The notes under the pieces are model-generated. The model was not told where the DNA came from. It saw only the letters and a program-made list of their open reading frames with translations, and made no database searches. Positions 13,378 to 26,757 of a stretch of DNA of 64,000 nucleotides are shown in pieces. Position numbers and translations under genes: made by a program. Within the stretch, counting starts at the first letter, position 1. Every line of letters starts with the position of its first letter. This stretch comes from Carcharhinus longimanus (lineage: Eukaryota), in the NCBI GenBank assembly GCA_030264375.1, contig JASCQW010000112.1, positions 31,301,529 through 31,365,528 on the forward strand, given 5' to 3'.

Positions 13378-13639
13378 NNNNNNNNNNNNNNNNNNNNNNN
13401 NNNNNNNNNNNNNNNNNNNNNNNNNNNNNNNNNNNNNNNNNNNNNNNNNNNNNNNNNNNNNNNNNNNNNNNNNNNNNCTATAACACTACATTCTGCACTC
13501 TCTCGTTTCCTTCTCTATGAATGGTATGCTTTGTCAGTATAGCGCGCATGAAACAATACTTTTCACTATATATTAATACATGTGACAATAATAAATCAAA
13601 TCAAAATCAAAGTTGACTGTGATTATTGGGGGCCAGTAA

Positions 13640-14540
13640 TTTCAACCCTGCAGGAGTTCCTCAGGATAACAGCCTCGATCCAACCATTTCTTCATTAATG
13701 ACCTTCTTTCCATCATAAAGTCAAGAAATGGGTATGTATCCAGTATAAAGTCAACTCCTGATATACTGACACAGTTGGTTAACAGATGAAGCAAGATCTG
13801 TACAACATTCAGGCATGCCACTGGTAATGGCATGACTATCTCCAAAAAGAAAGAATCTAAACATCTCCCGTGACATAAAATGGCATTACCATCGCTAACC
13901 CCACCCCTCCCCAACACATCAACATCATGTGAGTTACAACTGACCAGAAATGTAACCTTATATAAATACTGTGACAAGAGTAGATCAGAAACTGGGATCT
14001 TGTAGCAAGTAACTGACCTCCTGACTTCTCAAAGCGTATCAACCATTCAAATGCAAAACTCAGGAATATGATTATTTAGTCTCCCTTGCCAGGATAAATG
14101 CAGATTCAACAATAGACAAGAAGCACAACACCATCAAAGGACAAAACAGTTGGCTTGATCAACACTCCATCCACACCACCTCAAAACATTCTCCCCCTCT
14201 GCCATCTGCACACAATGACAGCAACATATACCATCTACAAGGTGCACAGCTGCAATTCACCTAGGTTCCTTCAACTGCACCTTTCAAGCATGCAACCTCT
14301 ACCACCTCAAAAGAAAAAGAAAAAAGATGAATGAGAACACCTGACTTAGAACAATATTGCTGTTCCTTCACTGGCATTGGATCAAAATCCTGAAACTCCC
14401 TTTCTAACAGAACTGTGGTTGCTTACAATGCATGAACCACATCGGCTCAAGAAGATGACTCACCACAACTATCTCAAGGATAATTAAGGTTGGGCAATAA
14501 ATGCCAGTTTTGTCAGCAATACTTAATGCAAGAACGAGTA
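13640..14540 (+). mobile_element. Degenerate CR1/L2-type LINE 3' region
   Basis: caggagttcctcagg (GVPQG), aactgaccagaaa and gggcaataaatgcc tail; collinear with the 31800-33800 copy. Confidence 0.6.
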
Positions 14541-14806
14541 AAAAATTCTAGATGGGCGCTGGTATTTTTCATCTAACAATCTCCATGTTTCCCTTTGTTA
14601 TGTATAGGGCACACTCTGTCCCTCATGTGCTAAAGAGCTTATCATGAAGATTCACTATTTCAGACCTTCACGCCTCCTCACATTTTCTGGAGTCTGAGTT
14701 ATTGTAACTGAGTCAGTGCCTGAATGCTAATGAGGCTGATGTATCCACCAGGCCCTCCTGCTTCACATTCCTCTCATGAGGACTAGCATCTGACTAAGTG
14801 GAGGAG

Positions 14807-15608
14807 TGCCAGCAGTAGAGATGTTGCATTGGGACCTTCGAAACAAGAATGCCATTGCAAGTATCTAAAAGGGTTAATAGTCACACAAGTTTAAAAATCA
14901 CACAGACTGAAAAACAAAGGTCTTCTTATAACAGCCTTCACACAGACACCAAGGTCATTAGTCTGGCAAAGCACATAAATCAGGCATCTGACATCAGCCC
15001 AGGGAGGTGAAGGGAGCAGGTAAGATAATGGCATTTAAGGGGCACCTAGATGAATACATGAATAGATCGGAATGGAAAGATATGGGCTCCAAAAGTACAT
15101 ACAGTATTAGATCATGACAGGCAGACATACAGTATTAGATCATGACAGGCATTATGATCGGTTCAGGGTTGGAGGGCTGAAGGGCATGTTCCTGTGCTGT
15201 ACTGTTCTTTGTTCTTATCTGTAATTGGGAAATGGAAGTGATCCACAGTTACAGAAATGAGCTGTACAATGAAGTTTTCATGCTGATTGGGTGTTATAAT
15301 GAAGCAAGCAAAAAGTGATCGTAATTGGTTTATACTAATTACTTGTAATCAATTTTGAAATCTTTAATTGCCTTTGTATCTTGGGATACGCTGCTCTGGC
15401 TAGCTACAGGGATGTGAACTGTAGCTTTCCAATGTTTTTGCTGTAGCTTGTATTAAAACAGCTGTTTAAGAAAATTCTGCTACTTATCTAGTTACTTGAA
15501 GGGTAAAATTATGATCAATTAAAAGGCTGACATCAAAGCTCACAACAATTTGCCAGCAGTAGGATGTTGCATTGGGACCTTTGAAACATGGATGCCACTG
15601 CAAGTATC
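14807..15608 (+). repeat. ~59-bp direct repeats flanking an LTR-like segment with a nested LINE tail
   Basis: 14807-14865 vs 15551-15608 differ by 4 substitutions and 1 indel. Confidence 0.7.
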
Positions 15609-16982
15609 AAAATAGGCTTCAGATGCGTAAAACACCTTTTAGCCCTCTCTCCATTGCTCACTCCACCCCAACTCATACAACAATCTTTGTTCCATTGTAG
15701 CCTGTACTCTTGCAACATTTAGCAGAAAACAGGAAGAAAAAAAATCACCATTATATCCATAAAATAATTTAAGCATGAATTATGATTTCAAAATGAGCAA
15801 CTTCACCTGGAGTGTGGTGAATGTGTGGAATTCTCTACCACTTTCTGTAGTTGAGGCCTGAACATTTGTTTGTTTTCAAGAAAGAGTTAGATGTAGCACT
15901 TGGGGCTAAAGGGATCAAAGTATATGGGGGAAAGGTGGGATTAGGTTACTGAGTTGAGTGATCAGCCATGATCATAATGAATGTTGGAGCAGGCTTGAAG
16001 TGCCAAATGGGCTACTCCTGCTCTATTTTCTACGTTTCTAACTGAAAACTGGTGTGTTTTGCGGTTAGTCTTTGTCATCCTTACACTATTATTTTTGGAA
16101 TCATTTCATCAATCATGTTAAAGTAAGGGAGCTATTTCCAGTAGTTCTCAATGCAGGAGACTGTCATTTCCTTCCATAATTTCTAATGACTCATTTTCTT
16201 GCTTTGATTCCTTATGGAATCATTATCCCTCCAAACCACTCTAACATCAACTGCTTCCGGTTAGTTAAAAAAAAAGTGATTTTTTTTTTAAGAGAGCAAC
16301 TGCCTTACTACAAGTCAAGGATTGAAAAACTTTGATAAAAACAAATTACTGTGGGTGCTGCAATCTGAAACCAAAAGAGAAAACGTTGGAAAATCTCAGC
16401 AGGTCTGGCTTACAGATGTTGAAAAAAATTTCATTTAAGTTATCAAATATCTAGCTTAAACGAGTAGGTCCGGCAGTCAACATGAGTTGGATACATTTTG
16501 AGAAACAGTTTAAAATGTTGAACAAAAATACATGTCACTGCTGGCCATTCATGCCACGCTACTTTTGCAGCAAGGTTAGAGAATTTTGATGGCCAGCCAA
16601 GTATCCTGTTCACCGTGGAGGGATGAAAAAATCCCACAGATGTGAATGGTGGTAAGATTCCGGCTAAAAAAAGGAATGTTTCCGGAATTCTCTACCCACA
16701 AGAAGTGTGCCATCATGGAATATATTTAAGGTTGAGGTTGGTCTCTCTCAGGTCGAGGGATATGGGGAGCAGGTGGGAAAGAGGGGGTTGAAATGCAAGA
16801 GCAGCCATTATTACATTTAATGGTGGTACAGGCTTGAGCAGCTGCATGGTTTACTTATAGCTCTTATAGAGCTGACAAAGGGTCATCCAGACTCAAAACA
16901 CTGGCTTTATTCTGTCTCCACAGATGCTGTCAGACAAAAACAGCATTTTTCTGTCTTTGTTTCAGATTCTAGCATCCACAAT

Positions 16983-17325
16983 AGAATCATAGAACCCTAC
17001 AGTACAGAAAGAGGCCCTTCGGCCCATCGAGTCTGTACCAAGCACAATCCCACCCAGCCTCTACCCCCATATCCCTACATATTTTACCCACTAATCCCTC
17101 TAACCTATACATCCCTGGACACTAAGGGGCAATTTCTTAGCATGGCCAATCAACCTAACCCACACATCTTTGGACTGTGGGATGAAACCAGAGTACCTGG
17201 AGGAAACCCACACAGACACGAGGAGATTATGCAAACTCCACAGACAGTGACTCGAGCCAGGAATCAGACCTGGGACCCTGGAGCTATGAAGCAGCAGTGT
17301 TAATCACTGTGCTACCGTGCCACCC
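16983..17325 (-). mobile_element. Full-length HE1-type SINE
   Basis: Reverse complement begins ggcacggtagcacagtgattaacactgctgcttcatagctccagggtcccaggtctgattcc (A- and B-box-like) and ends in a tctatgattcta tail. Confidence 0.85.
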
Positions 17326-19384
17326 AAATCACATACTGACTCAAACAGATTTTTCCCTGCTGCTTTCAGACTTTTGAATGGATCTACCTTGCATTAAGCT
17401 GATCCTTCTCTACACACTCGTTCTGCCTGTAACACTACATTTTGCACTCTTCTTTCCTTCTCTATATAGCATGCAAGAAACAATACTTTTCACTATATAC
17501 TCATACATAATAAATAAGGGTATTAGAATTATACAAATAAAATTCACTAGTTATCTAGAAAATATTTATTCTTTAGATATTTTATGAAGTATATTTTTGA
17601 AAAAATAAAGATTCATTAGGTAAATCTCAGTGGTGAGAAAATATAGTTGTAACATTGGGGATTAATTCCAATGAAAAATGTCAAGAGAAAATCTTATTTA
17701 TTCAGGTGGTGTCAGTGACATGATAGTCTAACGTTTTTAACCTTGTTAAATTTAGAGAAAAAAAAAGTCAAAAACGTTTGTACAGAGTTACTGGAGCTTG
17801 GAACGTTTACTATTCTGTTTTTAAAAGGAGGATTATATAACAGCAGCAGAAAATGTACAACTATGGGGAAAGGCCAGTGTTAAAAAGGTCCTAAGCAAAT
17901 AATCAGCCTTGCATCCCCAATTAACTTTCACAAAAAATAGGTTCAGCATTTAGAATTAGACTGAAAAATATATGGGAAAAGAAGAATATCACAGATCGTA
18001 CAGAGTATCAGCTCTGCATTTTTCACAGGATATGCACTTGAAGAAATGCACATCATGCATCATATGGCTCACATGAAACTGGACTGTTCCAGTATGATTT
18101 TGTGCACAAAGCTATAGTGAGCTAGATTAAATTATATTCATATCATTGGTTTAAAATAGTCATGGAGATGTACAAGTCAGAAACAGTGTGAGGGATATAA
18201 TTTGAAATTTTGGGCAAGACTGCAATGTAAATATATGAATGTCAGTATATGTACGCCATTCATTCCCACTGCTGAAGCTTTTTTGTAGCTTGTAGTTTCA
18301 TGAACAGCTTAGAGTCTTTTGCTGCTCTCAGCAATCACCTAGTGGTTGCACCAGCCTTGCCGTGGGAAGAGAAAGGGACAATGGGATTCATGTTAGGTTG
18401 CTCTAGTGAAAAGCTAGAATTGACAACAGCTTGATTGCAATACAAGCAGAATACCAATTTTTGTGTTGTTTGTTTAACATTCAGCCACCATCAACAATAC
18501 AGTCGGTGGTCCAGTGCTGAAAAGATTCAATATGGTCCCCACCAATGGGGACCAGACAGACAGTCATGCTGGGTGGGAGGGAGAGAGATGAAACAAAAGG
18601 TCATTGAAATCCCAATGTGGTCAGGGACATGGCTGGTTAGTGCCCATAGAGTACTTGCCAGTGCCCACCATAACTGTGCTGAGGCAGTGCTAAGGGGGCA
18701 CATGGGGAGGTGGTGGTTGACAGGAGGACTCCTATTACACTTGTATAATGCCACTAACCCCCACCCCCATTCTTTCCAGCATGAAAAGTGGCCAACTCCA
18801 TCTGTACACACGCAAATTCAACATGACAGGAGTGTGATAGCCAACAACAGTTTCCACTGCACCACAAACTGCCAGCGCAACATCCAATTGCTGCTATGAA
18901 AGTCTGCCATCATTCAAGGTTAGCTTGGTGTCCAGCAAGCTGAGACCACAGTTGGAGATATGAGAGTATGAGGGCTCCATGATCCATGAAGCAAACAGAC
19001 CTTTCCAGGAAGGCAACATTAATTTTTCTACCACCACCACTCAGCCAGTACCCAAGTCCAGATAACAGTGCTCAATCAGGCTTTCTAGGCTCAGAGTTGC
19101 TTGAGGTAATCGTGCAAGACCATCTGCAGTCTCCTCCACTGAAAGTCAGCAGCTATGCTGCAACCACTGGATAGCACTGCACTGCAGCACAGGCATACAA
19201 AAATTCAGGCACCGTGATGGGGCATGCTTTGAATTATAAATTTGGATTGGAATGGTTATTTTGATCAAGATGATATTGCAGTACTCAGATAAAAGGTGAT
19301 GGGGATTGAACTGATAAGTTCATGGATTTCCAACCAAAAAAAAGAGGGGTTATCTAGGTTCCCTCCTCTCCAACAGCTCATAGT

Positions 19385-19650
19385 ACAGCTTGTGCCCTCA
19401 TGATAGTGAGGTGTGCAGCATGCAGCAAGCCATCATGAAGCTTAACATGCACTCAAGTACTAATCAGCTCCTCCAGAATGGTCCAGGCATTTAAAGTGTT
19501 GTTTCAGCTCCCAGTGATGTACTCAGATCACATTTTGCATGGCAGCATGGCTTGTCATTGTAGCCACGTTGTCACTGGCTAGGCCTAATCACACAGTAGC
19601 CACCCTCTGCCTTGTCATAGTGGCTCAAGCGCAGCTAGCACATCCATGAC
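19385..19650 (-). mobile_element. Harbinger transposase C-terminal remnant in CKB intron 7
   Basis: Minus-strand LKQHFKCLDHSGGA and FMMACCMLH resemble the LKxRFRCL...CCxLHN Harbinger motifs. Confidence 0.65.
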
Positions 19651-20276
19651 TACTACCAAAATACTAAAGTGTTGTCTTCAAGTTTTTTTGTGCGTCTTCA
19701 GCAGGGTGGAAGGAAGGAATCCCTGAATGGTATTGGGCAAGATTGACCAGCAGCACATGAAGTCAATGGCATCCAGCCCCATGGGGATGCTTGTCCTGGT
19801 CTAGGACATGTATCTTCTCTGCCTGCTTTTCTCTGGTAAGAGAAATAAATCTAATTAGGTCTCAAAGAGGGAAGAACATTCCTGAACTCCCTTAAATAAC
19901 AGAAGCAACCTACGAGATGTTGCAAGCATCTCCAGCTCCTACTTGGAGAAACCACAGTAATCCTCACAGCAGCTGCCAATATCAGCTCTACTGGCATTCC
20001 TTGTCCAAAGTCTACTATAGAATGGAGCTTCTACCATCATAATTGCAAGGGATAATTATGTGAAACATAGTCCAATCATTTCCCATTTTTAATGATTATA
20101 CTTGGATAGGATAGCAGTCCACAACTTTTGTTACAGTGTAGTGCATTATGCTCAGGTTTCTGTAACAATAAGATCACATCCATAATGATTGCACTAAGAT
20201 AGCAGTCCGGCACTTATTTCAATGCAGTGCATTATTTTCAAATTCTGCAACAATGTACAGTTAAAGTCTAACCCAC

Positions 20277-20466
20277 CTGTACCACGCTTCTGCAGTCGCA
20301 GTCTTTTCAGAACTTCACCAAATTTATCATGTTTGCTGAGATTGGGAAGTTTCACATGGACACCCGCGCGAAGGCCTGTTCCCAGGTTAGATGGGCACGT
20401 CAGAACGTAACCAAGGTGCTCATTCCACATAAATGCACGGCCATTGTTTTTGAAGACATTTTCAAT
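20277..20466 (-). CDS. CKB: CKB exon 7
   Basis: 190 nt; [63 protein letters not shown](G) includes the active-site CPSNLGT motif; G|GTGGGT donor. Confidence 0.97.
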
Positions 20467-20547
20467 CTAGAAAATTGTTTTAAAAAAGTTGTTTAAAAAA
20501 GGAAAATACACAAATTTTGCCAACTTGTGAAGTGTGCTTGTCTGTAC

Positions 20548-20671
20548 CTTTGTTAGTCCAGTGCAGAAACGGGTGAAGACTTCCTTCATGTTTCCACCTT
20601 TTTGCATGGATATTACGCGAAGATGATCTTCTTCATTTACCCAAACTAAGAAAGTCTTATTGTCATTGTGC
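20548..20671 (-). CDS. CKB: CKB exon 6
   Basis: 124 nt, missed by the ORF track; [41 protein letters not shown] includes the phosphagen-kinase NEED motif; ttttctag acceptor, AAG|GTACAG donor. Confidence 0.97.
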
Positions 20672-22199
20672 CTAGAAAATATGTTTAATTTAGATCAACA
20701 TTTTGTACAAGTTGCTTAATTGGTTATAAAATCACTACCAGTTCTTAACTAAATAGCTTGGCTTTTGACAAGAGAACTCAAATTCATGGAGTCATTGACT
20801 GGTTACAGCACAGAAGAGGCTATCTATGTAGGGATAACACTGATAATCCCATTTATCCATCTTTTCCCATATCTCACTTCAGGTAATTATCCAATTTCCT
20901 TTTGAAAGCCAAAAATAATTTTACCACCACCATACTCTCAGACAGTGTATTCCAGATTCTAACCAGTCAGTGCATTAAAAAAAAAGCACAAGAACAGAAG
21001 GAAATGGAGAAGTAGACCACGTAGCTCTGCCCCAGCATCCAATAAGATCATAGGAGTTTTGGACACTTGTTCCCCCTATCCTTTGACTCCCAAAGAGGCC
21101 AAATATCTGTCTATCCCAGCCTTAAATGATAAGGCTTCTACAACTCTGGGGTGGAGAATTCCAAAGGTTCACAAACTTGAGTGAAGTAATTTTCCCTCAT
21201 CTCAGTCCTAACAAGACTGTGCCCAGTGTTTTGAGATTCCCCTGACTGACAGAAACCACCAGTCTCTCAGCATCGATTCTATCAAGTACCTTCAGAATCT
21301 TGTACATCTCCATGAGATCACCTCTCAGTCTTCTAAAACACCAATTTGCTTAAGTCACTTCTGGTTCTTTTGCTAAATCAGCTTATATCTGTCATTTTGA
21401 GCCTTCCACCTACAGAAACAGTTTCCTCATAGTTGTTCTAAACATCTCCATGATTTTGAGCACCTCCATCCAACATTCTCAGCCACAGGTTCTCCAATCC
21501 AGAACCACTCAGTGATTCTATGCCCTCTTCCTTCAGGCAGTTGTGTACCATAATGTCACCAGACTAGTAAACCAAAGGCCCAGGTTAATTCTGTCATAGG
21601 ATGTAGGTGTCACTGGCGAGCATTTGTGGACCATCCCCAATTGTTCTCAAACTAAATGGCAGTCAAGAGTCAACCATATTGTTGTGGGTCTGGAGTCACA
21701 TACAGGCAAAACCAAGCAAGGACAGCAGATTTCCTCCCCTAAAGCACATTAATAAACTAGATGGATTTTTACAACAATGGTTTCATGTCATCATTAGACT
21801 TTCAATTCCAGATTTTTATTGAATTCAAATTTTACCATCTGCCATGGTGGGATTCATACCCAGAACATCAGGTACCAATATTACTATACCACCACCTTCC
21901 CTTAGTTAATGCTCTGGAAACATGGGTTTAAAACCCACCCTGGGAGTAGGTGGGAATTTAAATTCAATTAAAAACCCATTAATTAAAAATCTGGAATTGA
22001 AATTTATAGTCTCAATAATGGTGACCATGAGATTAGTGATTGTTGTAAATAACCACTTGGTTCACCAATTCAGGGACATAAAATCTGCTGTCCTTGTTAC
22101 TTGCAATATGGTCAAATCAAGAGCAAATAAGGTGGGCAACAAATGTATGCCTCAGTGATGCTCACATCCGAACAGAATACAGTTCTGAGGCCAAGAGAG

Positions 22200-23080
22200 T
22201 GTTTTGGACAGATTAATCATTACTCCCTTGCTTCTATATTCCTTTGCCTTTATTTATAAGCCCAGGATTCTGTACTTATTGATGAGTTTTTCAACTTGTG
22301 CTACCACCTTTGATGACTTGTACACATGTTCTAATGATTCCTTTATGCTCCCCTTTAGCATTGCACCATTAATTGTTTTCTGAAGTGCATCACCTTGCTG
22401 CATGGAATTTCAATCTATTACATGTCGGTCCATGCCCTCTTGAAGTTAATCAGTTTCCTCCTCAGTTCAAAATTATGTCATCTCCAAACTTGAACACTGT
22501 ACAGCCAAGACCAGGTTATTAAATATACAAAAGTCAGAAAAGCAGTGGTCCAAATACAGACCCCTAGAGAACTCCAATATATACGTTCCTTCAAATCTGC
22601 AAAACAACTGTTCACTCACTCAACTTAGTGTTCATGCTGGCATTGTCCCTTTTATTTCATGAGTTTCAACTTACTGACATGCCAGTTATGTGACCCATTA
22701 TCAAATGCCATTCAGAAGTCCACGTACACCATATAAATCTTCAGGTCACAAAAACCTGAAAAATCAAATTAGTTAAATATGCTTTGCCTTAACAATTCCA
22801 AGCTAGCTTTCCTTAATTACTCCACATTTGTCAAAAGTTTGTGTCTCCTGGATTATTTTAAAAATTTTAGCAGCAAAGGTTAAAAAGGCCCATAGTTCTG
22901 GATTTATCCTTGCAGCCCTCTTTGGAGGAGAGTGTGACATGTGCAATTCTCCAATCTTCTGGCAGCATTCTCATATCTAGAGGAGGACTGAAAGATTATG
23001 GTCAGCACCCGTACAATTTTCACCCTTATGTCCCAAGGTCCTTGGATGCATCTCAAGTGGACCTAGTGTCTTCTCAACTT
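22200..23080 (-). mobile_element. Degenerate CR1-type LINE RT fragment
   Basis: Reverse-complement CR1 RT hallmarks (agtggtccaaatacagacccctagagaactcc; tatcaaatgccattcagaagtcc). Confidence 0.6.
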
Positions 23081-23828
23081 AAGTTTGTTCAATCTACAAT
23101 AAACAGTATACAATAAGAAATTGGGTATTTGCATTTGGACTTTTACCATGCATGCCTATCTTCATTGAGGCAGCTACAAAGAAAGTGAAATCTAAAATGG
23201 GCATTAATTTTAGTGGTTTGAATAAGAGATGGACCTCAGTTTGCCAGCACAGGGCGGGGGGAGAAAGAGAGAAAAAAAAAGAAACAAGATATTTCAAGTT
23301 TGGAAAATATTGAACTCACTGTAAGCTCTTATTAGATACCTGCATTAGGGGTCAAGCTATAGACCACTCAATAATAAAGCTAGGAAAATAAATTAAACTA
23401 CATTTGTATCCACAAAGAGGAAACAGATTACATTATGGAAACACTGACTTCAGCATAACAAAGCCATTGCAATGCAGTAAAATAGCCAGAATGTGTATTA
23501 TATGTAGAAAGATAATTGAAAGCCCAGTAGTAAAGCTTTCTATGATGTCCAAGTGAACCCTTCCTTCCAACCTACCTTCACCACAAGCTATTGCCTTTAT
23601 ATACCAAAAATGGGACTTCAAAACAATTTTTGCACCAACTTCAGCTGAGTATAGAAAAGCACTTTAGGCTAACTTCCCCCCTGAAATTCTTAACCAGACA
23701 ATTCCTGCACATCAGTTTTAGAAGTTTCAGTAATTGTTCCAATATGCTAAAAAAGAGACGGAATTGAAACAAATGGAAATAATTTAAAATAAATTTCTAT
23801 TTTCATCTCAGTCTCTGCAAGAACTAAC

Positions 23829-24000
23829 CAGATGCCTCTGCCATCAGGCCAGTCACGGCCCATCCCAGAGGCCAGCAGCAGTGGAGACACAGGTTTGTCA
23901 AACAGAAAGTGGTCATCGATTAGAGTTTGCTGCTCTTGGTCAGTCATATTCTTCAGGGCGTAGTATTTTCCAGTAAATTCTCCATCCAGACTTCCCAGAG
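23829..24000 (-). CDS. CKB: CKB exon 5
   Basis: 172 nt; (A)[56 protein letters not shown](W); cactag acceptor, TG|GTTAGT donor. Confidence 0.97.
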
Positions 24001-24141
24001 CTAGTGAATAATAATAACACACACAAAAAAAATTAGCCTGTGCTGAAGAAGTTACGACTATAATCATTTCCATTCAGACTTCCCAAAACTAGTAATTAAA
24101 CAAAAAGTTCAACTGTGCTGAAAAAGTTGCAACTAATCATT
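23981..24141 (-). repeat. 88-bp tandem duplication spanning the CKB intron 4/exon 5 junction
   Basis: tccatccagacttcccagagctagt...ctgtgctgaagaagttacgactataatcatt (from 23981) vs tccattcagacttcccaaaactagt...ctgtgctgaaaaagttgcaactaatcatt (from 24069). Confidence 0.85.
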
Positions 24142-26624
24142 AACAAAATGGAATGGTTTGACTACTTTTGTACAAGAAATCAAAACCACTCAGTGGGAAC
24201 TGAAACACAGATGGACAAAATTCTAAATTTCAGAATTCCCAACAGTACAAATAGTAGACCAAATGAATACCATTGACTTGTGTTCAGAAGGCTGAAAGTT
24301 TAATTTCACTAAGCTCAATATTTATCAAATGAAAACATTTGCAGCTCTGTAAAATAAGCAATGGGCATCACTATGAGATCAATTTGCAGCTGTGTAATGC
24401 ATACTTGAAAGTTTTATGCTTGGGCAAAAGGGGAAATCTTCAGAAAGAAGCAATTTGGGCAGGGTGGGGGGGGGGTAAATTTTAGCTTAAAATCACAAGA
24501 GGCCACACCATCAAGAACTCGAGTGTTGGTTCATCCTAGCGTAAATGGTGGTGCTGTTAAGTTGGTAGTGTAGCAAGAGATTCAGTTTCAGAAATGAGAA
24601 GTGTCCACAGGCCAGGGAACCTGCAACCCCAGGCCTGGAATCCCCCTAGAATTCTGCAAAGACCATCGTGGAGGTCTGCACCACTGCGCCAGCCCATGGG
24701 TGGACATTTGTTGATGGCACCATATTCAATGGTAACAAGTAATGACCAGAGGCATGCTCACTTTTGTCCCTATTCTCCCCCAATCTCCTGGCGCTCTCAG
24801 TGAGAAATCATTTTACATGCAATACTGAGTCACGCACAGTATTGCAATTTAGATGAAGTGTTGGGGGAAGGTGTAGGAGAGTCTGTGGTTTAGTCCATTT
24901 GGAAAAAAGATCATTCAACCAAAATTTGAGAGCCACTGATCTAGATCATGCCTACTGAAAAATCCAGGAAGTTGCAGCAGAAAAGTGGCAGATTGAGTGC
25001 CAGGCTCCAACTCCCTAAGCAATTTGATGGCACCTTCAAATTTTGTTTTTAAGAAAGTTATGCTACCTCTCCAACTGTCCAGATGAGCCCAGCATGGTCC
25101 ACATTTCTACTGTCTGGTAGATAACATATCCAATGGTCACAAGTATAGACTCCCCAGACTTTGCAAGGTCCCTGTGATGGCCAGAAATGTGGGAGCTCAA
25201 TGCCTTGTCCCACCCTAGCAAGTTGTCTGCAGAAACACTGATGTACATTTGGTAAGGAGCATGTATGGGGATCAGACTGACCATCAGCCCTCCAGAACAA
25301 TCCTGTAGTTAGTGGGAATATAATAGTTGGTCGACCCTAACGTTTTCATGTTTGTCTTTGGAGGAAAAATGTTTGTCTAACTATTTTGGAAATTATCCAC
25401 ATTGGCATACTATCTATCATTCCAAATGGAAGAACTGGAAACAAACTTTTGAGAATACCAAGTTGGTAACTTTGGTCTGTAGCCAGAAACCGTCCCATTC
25501 TGGATTAAAGGAGTATGGAATAATTCTCCCTTCATCCCTTGAGTTATTAGTTCTGTTTTGTATTGTTCAGTCCTGGGAAGAGCCAAAAACAAGAGGTTTA
25601 ACTCATTTAAAGTCACTTTATCAAAGACGCGAGTCACTTTATGGAAGTGTAAACTGCCAAAATATTCTTCATTTTCATTTCAAAGGCATTACAATCTAGT
25701 GATCTTCTGAACTGAAGTTTCATTTTATTTATAATTTGGAGTAAATGGTCTTTTAGCAGGTCATAGATTATTACTTCTAGTCAGCATCAGCAGCATCTCT
25801 TACTGTTCACCCCATTTCGTGCTGTATTTTGTACTTCAGTCCAATATCTTAGTTACTGCTGCCTTTGCCTAGATATGAGGAAATTTATCTGCTGATAGCC
25901 AAGATCTTAGCAGGGCTTTCAAGCAGGTCATGGAGGGAGATTCAATCAATCATTCACATTTGTTTCTTTACAAGAAGCAAATACAAAAAATATATTGAAG
26001 ATGTTTTCTTCCTTTTTCCTGCCTTAATAAAAACAGCTATTATCACATCCATGCACATTGATTCTTAGAACTAAAAACAGCCATGTGTTCCGAACATTAC
26101 CAATTTTAACAAGAGCTCACAAGCTTAGAGTGCAGACATTCATTTCCATAAATGGTTCAAGAATGTGGATTACACATTTTGCAGGCATAGCATTTGCGGT
26201 TAACTGAAACATTAGATTAGCCTGAAGTGGTTCTCAACTTGAAATTGTTTAAAGGAAGTGTACTGAAAAATGTTGCAATTCCAGTTCCCATTTTAGGCAA
26301 GACCCATCTTGTTCTGATTAGTCTCAATGAGCAAAGTTAGGTCAAAAATATTCCTTTCTGGAGGGATGGGAAAAAGAAGTGTGCAAAGTTTAAACAAAAG
26401 GCTTTCCAAAGAGAAATTGTTGCTTTATGTTTAGTATAATGCTTTCTTTGGGCATGTAAGATAATTAGGATAGGGGTTCATACTGATCAGAAAAATAGAT
26501 TGATCATAAACTGTTTGTGCCAAACTCATTTCTGAACTATCAGAAGATTATATTTGTGCAAGGACAATTCATTCAGACTAGCTTTAAAGTGATTCATTAA
26601 CACACCACACCCATTGGACTTTAC

Positions 26625-26757
26625 CTTCCTCGGAAAGTTTCTCAATGGCACGACGCTCCCCTCGACTGCAGTGTGGGGGAAGGCAGAATCCACATATACT
26701 GCGCCCTGTGCGGACTCGACTACTCAACACATAGTTGGAATCCAGGTCATCACCACC
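26625..26757 (-). CDS. CKB: CKB exon 4
   Basis: 133 nt; [44 protein letters not shown]; T-tract then gaaaaag acceptor, G|GTAAAG donor. Confidence 0.96.

Noticed and set aside
16340-16982. Inverted Penelope-like termini with a possible hammerhead at ~16872
   Set aside because: The core is decayed (ctgacaa...caaaac instead of CTGANGA...GAAAC), so it was not called as a ribozyme.
25058-25699. Cluster of overlapping ORFs in CKB intron 4, possibly an integrase remnant
   Set aside because: No motif could be matched convincingly by eye.
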